DNA from: Lytechinus pictus
Taxonomy: Eukaryota
Length of the DNA: 64,000 nucleotides
NCBI RefSeq assembly: GCF_037042905.1
Contig: NC_087263.1
Coordinates: 9,364,001 to 9,428,000, forward strand
Direction: 5' to 3'
In this document: positions 61,501 to 64,000 of the stretch, in pieces
How the letters are laid out: the number at the start of each line of letters is the position of its first letter
Numbering within the stretch: the stretch's first letter is position 1
The notes under the pieces: model-generated
Seen by the model: only the letters and a program-made list of their open reading frames with translations
Database searches by the model: none
Told to the model about the DNA's origin: nothing
Made by a program: the position numbers and the translations under genes

Positions 61501-63668
61501 ATTCCTCAAATAAACCCAACATGGCCAAAGTTCATTGACCCTAAGTGACCTTTGACCTTGGTCATGTGACCTGAAACTCGCACATGATATTCAGGGATAC
61601 ATGGTTGCTCTTATGTCCAAGTTTCATGAACTAGATCCATAAACCTTTAAAGTTATGATGACAATTCCTCAAATAACTCTAACATGGCCAAAGTTCATTG
61701 ACCATAAGTGACCATTGATCTTAAATCATGTGACCTGAAACTCAGGCAGGATCTTCAGTGATACACTATTACCCTTATGTCTACGTTTTATGAAATGGGT
61801 CCATATACTTTCGAAGTTATGACTAGGCCCGTTTTGAAAGTCCATTTTTGATGCACGTGTACACGGCGTGTTTTTCGGTCGTGTACACGTTGTAAACACT
61901 GAGAGCGAGTTATGTTTTTAGTGTTTCCGACATTTCGACACGGACCCGCATCCCCGCCCGCAATAACATGTCAATGTAACATAAAAAGGGGTCTATAAGC
62001 CTAAGTCGCGGTTTTAAAGCTTACCTGAGAAGTTAGAAGTATCAATCCACGAAAATTGGTGCAATTAAAAAGTTTACTCGGCTTAGCAGCGCATTAAATT
62101 AATAAAGAATGCAAAAGAAAATCAGTGCAGGGCCCTAGCTAGCGCCGACGTTCGTTGGATGCGCATTTTGCATACTGTACCGTACATGCATGCACAGATC
62201 GGTGCAGAATTAAGTGTAACTTAAGTTATCGATTGATTTTCATTATTTTATTGCCAATTTGAGGAGTGTTTGTTCGTAGGCTTGTAGCACATGTGTACGA
62301 GCGTATAACACGTAACTGTAGCAATGATCGCTGTCGCAATTGGTGATTCTCAAATTGGCTCTGAGTGTGATTGAGCAATGCTTTCGAGACCGGAGCAGAC
62401 CCATTTCGTGGTACAAAAACTTGAGTCTCCAGAATGAATGTGGATTAAGATTTTGGAAGTAAACTCACTCTAGGTTAATTGAAATATATTGACATATTAG
62501 TGATTAAAACATGTGCAGTGTCTGAGAACTAAGAATTAATGTGAGGCTGTGAGCTTGTTCACTGACTTTACAGTCCCACGCAAGCTTTATGCAGATGCTA
62601 CCGTGTACACAGTGATGGAATTTAGTATAAGTGCACTGACTTGACCGTGCGTGTACACGTGTACCCGAAACGAGCCTAGTTATGACAACATTTCAAAAAC
62701 TTAACCTTGGTTAAGATTTCGATATTGATTCCCCCAACATGGTCTAAGTTCATTGACCCTAAATGACCTTTGTCATGTGACCCGAAACTCAGGTAAGATG
62801 TTCAGTAATACTTGATTACCCTTATGTCCAAGTTTCATGAACTAGGTCCATATACTTTCTAAGTTATGATGACATTTCAAAAACTTAACCTTGGTTAAGA
62901 TTTCAATGTTGACGACGCCGCCGCTGTCAGAAAAGCGGCGCCTATACATGTAGTCTCGCTCTGCTATGCAGGCGAGACAAAAACGTACTGTCATATTTTG
63001 GTTGCAAAAACGTACTAAATACGCCAAAAACGTACTGGTTGGCAGCTCTACTTATGGCCAAAATTGATGAACTACATGTAGGTCTACATACTTTCTAAGT
63101 TAGCTGTCATTTCAAAAACTTAACATTGGGTTAAGATTTGGTGTTGACACCGCCGCCGTCGGAAAAGCGGCGCCTATAGTCTCACTCTGCTATGCAGGTG
63201 AGAGAAAAACAAGACAAAATATGCAGATATTCTATTTTGATGCAAAATGGGTAAGTTAATCCGATAAAACTCATTTTAAGTTCAGAGCCTTCACACCACA
63301 ATCATTTTAGGGGATGATCTAGTAATGAAATGGAATAGTGACATGCACATTTGGGAGGATTTATCAAAAGATACACTTTAACACCAAGGAAAAAAAAGAC
63401 TTACAAGCAGTAATGATAACTGTAGCAGGATCACTAGCTTTGTTGTTACTCAATGTTACAACAGTAATTGTATGGTCTCCCCCAGGTCCAGGATCTGCTG
63501 GAAGACCAGTACAAGTCACACTGACAGCATCTTCAGTCAATGGTAGCATTGTTCCATCAGGACAGATTGCATTATAGCCACTGACTGTACCGGCAGGCTT
63601 GGTCCATGTTGCAGAGATTGAGTCAGTGGTTGCACCAGATTCTTCAAGGTCGCTCACCTTATTGGGCA
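1416..63668 (-). CDS. Multi-exon gene (partial, open at both ends): giant FN3-repeat cell-surface receptor, probably an R3-subtype receptor-type tyrosine phosphatase (PTPRB/PTPRJ/Ptp10D-like ectodomain)
   Basis: 37 exons with canonical AG/GT boundaries splice into one open frame of 9006 nt. FN3 hallmarks recur (W in strand B, L.PG..Y.....S). The last exons encode ...STTSFTVQLPENLFSHDNGELLTFAVII..., resembling the FS..NG....F.V.V juxtamembrane region of R3 RPTPs. No TM or PTP domain is in the window. Confidence 0.85.
1745..1897 (-). CDS. Exon X, R3-RPTP-like juxtamembrane domain, part 1
   Basis: gacag|AA ... G|gtgagt; PAPVPDNYPYEENTVIPAVSTTSFTVQLPENLFSHDNGELLTFAVIITTE. Confidence 0.88.
2601..3290. 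mobile_element. Cluster of short GGGCCC-ended MITEs (~2601-2768, ~2968-3140, ~3138-3290)
   Basis: Imperfect TIRs; related short elements at ~2077-2240, 8437-8572, 14941-15090. Confidence 0.65.
2820..2886 (-). other. Candidate alternative stop-containing exon W (VSTFISFIPPPSSPVPD*)
   Basis: Long polypyrimidine tract + ccag acceptor, T|gtaagt donor; in frame after exon V with TGA at 2834-2836. Confidence 0.45.
3602..3912 (+). mobile_element. tRNA-derived SINE
   Basis: Box A TGGTCTAGTGG, box B GGTTCGAATCC, shared core ...cagcaagaaatt...aatgggtacc, (ATT)n tail. Confidence 0.85.
5033..5105 (-). CDS. Exon V, end of the last FN3 domain (phase 0-1)
   Basis: ctaacag|ATC ... G|gtatgt; IIAVNDGDYESDPAYTEPVTTFQE (not in ORF track). 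Confidence 0.85.
5862..6842. repeat. Two tandem ~475-bp copies of a hairpin-bearing non-autonomous element
   Basis: Units start TTGTACAACGCCTACTTAGC at 5864 and 6339; hairpin GCTCTATTCAAC-TCGGCTAACGCCTC-GTTGAATAGAGC at ~6742-6778. Confidence 0.8.
7065..7157 (-). CDS. Exon U, middle of the last FN3 domain (phase 0-0)
   Basis: ctacag|GAC ... |gtaagt; DLPIHESPSFTEIGLTRTVNELRAGFTYVFT (not in ORF track). Confidence 0.85.
7330..7662. repeat. (CAT/CAC)n low-complexity microsatellite
   Basis: Direct inspection. Confidence 0.95.
7690..7820 (-). CDS. Exon T, first part of the last FN3 domain (phase 1-0)
   Basis: cacag|AG ... |gtaagt; PSPVRIP...YEAPAEPNGEITHYVISYVGTRG (PNG.I..Y motif). Confidence 0.88.
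7970..8240 (-). mobile_element. tRNA-derived SINE, same family
   Basis: Reverse complement of head and core of the 3602 copy. Confidence 0.85.
9095..9470. repeat. Degenerate AC-rich minisatellite
   Basis: Recurring cagtattaacattcaacctaacctcaacaccagtaccaacacaaacaccacaat. Confidence 0.8.
9518..9781 (-). CDS. FN3 exon S (264 bp)
   Basis: tccag|TT ... A|gtgagt; canonical ISDLTPGTTYSVSVVALSG. Confidence 0.92.
9830..10790 (-). mobile_element. Old tRNA-headed SINE (possibly Deu-domain type) interrupted by a LINE-like 3' tail (~10063-10649, plus strand)
   Basis: Degenerate box A/B at ~10720-10788 on minus; insert ends AATAAA-(TTCAA)n and is bounded by CATCTA repeats. Confidence 0.45.
11140..11439 (-). 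CDS. FN3 exon R (300 bp)
   Basis: ttgcag|TG ... G|gtaatt; PESVEDISVTSYTTTNVTVQW...GLVQGRNYSFSL. Confidence 0.9.
11576..13226. mobile_element. Non-autonomous DNA transposon (P/hAT-like), 1651 bp
   Basis: TIR CAGGGACTCGATTTT / AAAACCAAGTCCCTG; 7-bp TSD AATCAAG. Confidence 0.85.
14113..14385 (-). CDS. FN3 exon Q (273 bp)
   Basis: tttag|TG ... G|gtgtgt; PKGVDLEEGPSTLTSVNASW... Confidence 0.88.
15263..15538 (-). CDS. FN3 exon P (276 bp)
   Basis: atcag|TA ... T|gtaagt; PEAVDLEEGDSNTTTISTTW... Confidence 0.9.
15628..15855. mobile_element. Tc1/mariner-type MITE
   Basis: TA|CAGTGGTGCTAAAAAATAAGTGAACC ... GGTTCACTAATTTTTTTTGCACAACTG|TA. Confidence 0.8.
16559..16828 (-). CDS. FN3 exon O (270 bp)
   Basis: ctcacag|TA ... 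T|gtaagt; PEAVNLTEASESVTTNSIAATW... Confidence 0.9.
18370..20146. repeat. ~158-bp tandem repeat, ~12 copies, with ~480-bp trimeric higher-order structure
   Basis: Anchor aatagtt(t/c)gct(g/a)tgaaat recurs every ~157-165 bp; variant ttcgctatg every third unit. Confidence 0.92.
20725..20982 (-). CDS. FN3 exon N (258 bp), duplicate of L
   Basis: tgtag|TA ... T|gtgagt; near-identical to L. Confidence 0.88.
21571..21834 (-). CDS. FN3 exon M (264 bp), duplicate of K
   Basis: tgcag|TA ... T|gtgagt; near-identical to K. Confidence 0.9.
23258..24050. repeat. Same ~158-bp tandem repeat, ~5 copies
   Basis: Paralogous position in the second duplication unit. Confidence 0.92.
24613..24870 (-). CDS. FN3 exon L (258 bp)
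   Basis: ggtag|TA ... T|gtgagt; ...SAGWDFPGGVVEEFEVDCSNGT... Confidence 0.85.
25292..25345 (-). pseudogene. 3' relic of an FN3 exon with intact donor (second copy at ~21420-21475)
   Basis: SSGENNCATIALTA T|gtaggt resembles SNGEVNPATIVLTA of K/M. Confidence 0.7.
25442..25705 (-). CDS. FN3 exon K (264 bp)
   Basis: tgcag|TA ... T|gtgagt; ...SAIWPYPGGLVEVFEVECSNGT... Confidence 0.9.
25824..26352. mobile_element. GGGCCC-ended MITE with a second inverted copy (25824-26106) at its left end
   Basis: TIR gtc(c/t)tacaaagagttacgattgatccgatc; only a single copy at the paralogous site 21952-22157. Confidence 0.75.
27805..28068. repeat. A/G-rich (AAG/AAC) low-complexity tract
   Basis: Direct inspection. 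Confidence 0.85.
28078..28332 (-). CDS. FN3 exon J (255 bp)
   Basis: tatag|CT ... G|gtatgt; PEEVTFGDSSSNTTSITVTW... Confidence 0.85.
29027..29296 (-). CDS. FN3 exon I (270 bp)
   Basis: ctatag|AT ... C|gtgagt; PNAVNLTATSITTRQIAVQW... Confidence 0.88.
29425..29663. repeat. Near-perfect ~120-bp direct tandem duplication
   Basis: acaattttt...gagagaaagattttc...gaagaaagaataa occurs twice. Confidence 0.92.
30129..30432. mobile_element. piggyBac-like MITE (related copy 35376-35656)
   Basis: TTAA|CTCTTTGCC ... GGCAAAGAG|TTAA. Confidence 0.75.
31225..31533 (+). mobile_element. tRNA-derived SINE inserted into a MITE (31054-31648)
   Basis: Box B GGTTCGAATCC and same core; MITE halves with TIR gtcttacaaagag/ctctttgtaagac on either side. 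Confidence 0.85.
31841..33587. mobile_element. Harbinger-like MITE with a nested CAGG-ended element (31993-33314)
   Basis: Outer TTA|AGGCAACCGCACACCTTACGA ... TCGTACGGTGTGCGGTGGCCT|TTA; inner CAGGCCTCTACAAA/TTTGTCGCGCCCTG with CTTGCCC subterminal repeats, flanked by TCATT. Confidence 0.8.
33916..34212 (-). CDS. FN3 exon H (297 bp), paralogue of E
   Basis: cacag|TA ... T|gtaagt; PEAVTLTEEIDQVTTDTIVASW... Confidence 0.9.
34882..35151 (-). CDS. FN3 exon G (270 bp)
   Basis: ctttag|CG ... C|gttagt; PAAVALEEGDSTTTSVSATW... Confidence 0.88.
35772..35883. mobile_element. 112-bp hAT-type MITE
   Basis: TIR CAGTGGCGGACC; perfect 8-bp TSD ACTGCATA. Confidence 0.9.
36311..36349 (-). ncRNA. Minimal type-I hammerhead ribozyme-like motif at the Penelope 3' end
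   Basis: Minus strand GCCU-CCGACGA-A-GAUUCU-GCU-AGGAUC-GAAA-GCUUA-GGC: stem I, variant CUGANGA box, stem II, GAAA, palindromic stem III. Confidence 0.7.
37269..38950 (-). pseudogene. Disrupted Penelope-type RT + GIY-YIG endonuclease ORF
   Basis: Split over at least four frames; catalytic YIDD reads YIDN. Confidence 0.9.
39261..39539 (-). CDS. FN3 exon F (279 bp)
   Basis: atcag|TA ... T|gtaagt; PNAVALKEGPSNNTAISATW... Confidence 0.9.
40047..40322 (-). CDS. FN3 exon E (276 bp)
   Basis: ttgcag|TA ... C|gtaagt; PEAVTLTEEIDQVTTDKIVASW... Confidence 0.9.
41905..42193 (-). mobile_element. tRNA-derived SINE, same family
   Basis: Reverse complement of head and core. Confidence 0.8.
43945..44548. 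mobile_element. Kolobok-like non-autonomous element
   Basis: TTAA|AGGACAAGTCCACCC ... GGGTGGACTTGACCT|TTAA with long internal inverted arms. Confidence 0.8.
44583..44894. mobile_element. GGCC-ended MITE (partial copy ends at ~15236)
   Basis: TIR GGCCCGTATTCTGAA / TTCAGAATACAGGCC. Confidence 0.75.
45085..45780. repeat. 25-bp minisatellite GTTGAATAGCCATGGTTGAACCACA, ~21 clean copies with degenerate flanks
   Basis: AATAG anchor at 45151, 45176, 45201, 45226 and onward. Confidence 0.95.
45957..46211 (-). CDS. FN3 exon D (255 bp), diverged relative of the C array
   Basis: cacag|TA ... T|gtgagt; PLNVDLIPGNSTTTSVTATWQFPGG... Confidence 0.9.
46696..46950 (-). CDS. FN3 array exon C14 (255 bp)
   Basis: Same boundaries; loop MMSGVEGMGY. 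Confidence 0.9.
47479..47733 (-). CDS. FN3 array exon C13 (255 bp)
   Basis: Same boundaries; loop MMSSVEGMGY. Confidence 0.9.
47808..48490 (+). mobile_element. 5'-truncated Helentron-associated (HINE/DINE-1-like) element inside the exon array
   Basis: ~160-bp internal repeats and 3' end GCCGCC..GGAAAAGCGGCG...GTCTCGCTCTGCTATGCAGGCGAGAC match copies at 60-63 kb. Confidence 0.75.
48629..48883 (-). CDS. FN3 array exon C12 (255 bp)
   Basis: Same boundaries; loop MMNSVEGMVY. Confidence 0.9.
49213..49240 (-). pseudogene. Truncated 15th array exon: intact acceptor, PLSVNLV, then TGA
   Basis: ttctag|TA CCC CTA AGC GTC AAC TTA GTT TGA, preceded by a full array-type intron. Confidence 0.85.
49776..50030 (-). 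CDS. FN3 array exon C11 (255 bp)
   Basis: Same boundaries; loop MMSSVEGMVY. Confidence 0.9.
50565..50819 (-). CDS. FN3 array exon C10 (255 bp)
   Basis: Same boundaries; loop MMSSVEGIGY. Confidence 0.9.
51356..51610 (-). CDS. FN3 array exon C9 (255 bp)
   Basis: Same boundaries; loop IMSTVKGIEY. Confidence 0.9.
52186..52440 (-). CDS. FN3 array exon C8 (255 bp)
   Basis: Same boundaries; loop MMSGVEGMVY. Confidence 0.9.
52983..53237 (-). CDS. FN3 array exon C7 (255 bp)
   Basis: Same boundaries; loop MMSGVEGMGY. Confidence 0.9.
53813..54067 (-). CDS. FN3 array exon C6 (255 bp)
   Basis: Same boundaries; loop MMSGVEGMGY. Confidence 0.9.
54610..54864 (-). CDS. FN3 array exon C5 (255 bp)
   Basis: Same boundaries; loop MMSNVEGMVY. 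Confidence 0.9.
55404..55658 (-). CDS. FN3 array exon C4 (255 bp)
   Basis: Same boundaries; loop MMSNVEGMVY. Confidence 0.9.
56181..56435 (-). CDS. FN3 array exon C3 (255 bp)
   Basis: Same boundaries; loop MMSNVEGMVY. Confidence 0.9.
56968..57222 (-). CDS. FN3 array exon C2 (255 bp)
   Basis: Same boundaries as C1; loop MMSSVEGMGY. Confidence 0.9.
57724..57978 (-). CDS. FN3 array exon C1 (255 bp)
   Basis: ttctag|TA ... T|gtaagt; loop MMSTVGGMGY. Confidence 0.9.
58395..58673 (-). CDS. FN3 exon B (279 bp, phase 1-1)
   Basis: tttag|TG ... T|gtaagt; PLSVNLSAGDSLTSSVSAMWPYPGG...PGDNYTM. Confidence 0.9.
58823..59113 (-). pseudogene. Two decayed 5' relics of exon B
   Basis: Translate to CLGVNFTTGMSLRTSVDAMWPY and SVNLNAGISLMTYASALWPYPLVPG*, versus PLSVNLSAGDSLTSSVSAMWPYP in exon B. 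Confidence 0.75.
60904..62978 (+). mobile_element. Second HINE-like copy nested in the 6-bp-TSD element
   Basis: Same 5' end ACAAGTGGA..GTCTC and 3' hairpins as the outer copy; sits in an A-run. Confidence 0.75.
61824..62678. mobile_element. hAT-type non-autonomous element
   Basis: TIR TAGGCCCGTTT/AAACGAGCCTA; perfect 8-bp TSD GTTATGAC. Confidence 0.88.
63405..63668 (-). CDS. FN3 exon A (264 bp, phase 1-1)
   Basis: tttag|TG acceptor, T|gtaagt donor; PNKVSDLEESGATTDSISATW...ICPDG...VTCTGL... Confidence 0.9.
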
Positions 63669-64000
63669 CTAAACCGTAAAAGAAAAAAAGAAAAAGTATT
63701 GAAGAGATCAGTGTGCCACATACTGCAATGGATTTACTTTTTGATACGTGTAGTGTAGAAACAAAAACACTGTTTCTATGGTGAGAAGGACTTTATTTCT
63801 CATGTACTTTTGTTGCACCTCCCTCATAAAACCAGAGGATGAAGACCTTTAAATTGTGTTGATTATATATTATGTAGGGATACATACTCTCATGTCAGAT
63901 CGCGAAGCCTGACATACCTTTGTTGATTTAATCTCATATGCGTCCATTTTGTAGTGTAGTGTAGAACAAATGGCAATTATACCAAATTGAAAGTAGCACA

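Larger units (their letters stand above)
60662..63050. mobile_element. DNA transposon (hAT-like) with 6-bp TSD
   Basis: CTTATG|CAGACCTGCCAACC ... GGTTGGCAGCTCTA|CTTATG. Confidence 0.8.
60022..63204 (+). mobile_element. HINE/DINE-1-like element carrying three further nested insertions
   Basis: Subterminal IR GTCTCACCTGCAT/ATGCAGGTGAGA, 3' stem-loop, ~160-bp internal tandem repeats. Confidence 0.75.

Noticed and set aside
1416..63668. Assigning a specific symbol (PTPRB, PTPRQ, PTPRJ) or calling it fibronectin, tenascin or usherin
   Set aside because: No catalytic or other diagnostic domain lies in the window. Only the juxtamembrane motif points to the R3 RPTP family, so orthology cannot be fixed.

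Overview
AT-rich eukaryotic genomic DNA, probably from a marine invertebrate such as an echinoderm (inferred from the repeat families only). Almost the whole window is the internal part of one minus-strand, intron-rich gene. I can splice 37 GT-AG exons by hand (63668 down to 1416; 9006 nt, about 3000 codons, no stop at any junction). They encode 33 fibronectin type-III (FN3) domains followed by the start of a membrane-proximal segment resembling R3-subtype receptor protein tyrosine phosphatases (PTPRB/PTPRJ/Ptp10D-like). The signal peptide, transmembrane and phosphatase exons lie outside the window, so the phosphatase identity is inferred. Thirty-two FN3 domains are single symmetric phase 1-1 exons, and most carry an unusual conserved Cys pair. 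Fourteen near-identical 255-bp exons form a ~0.8-kb-period array (46.7-58.0 kb) with homogenised introns, one variable loop and mosaic copies. There are older nested block duplications, several exon relics, and at least two stop-containing candidate cassette exons that could give soluble ectodomains or trigger NMD. The introns hold a decayed Penelope-like retroelement with a hammerhead-ribozyme-like motif, tRNA-derived SINEs, many MITEs (including a four-level nest), minisatellites, and frequent TA>TACATGTA insertions resembling Tc1/mariner excision footprints.
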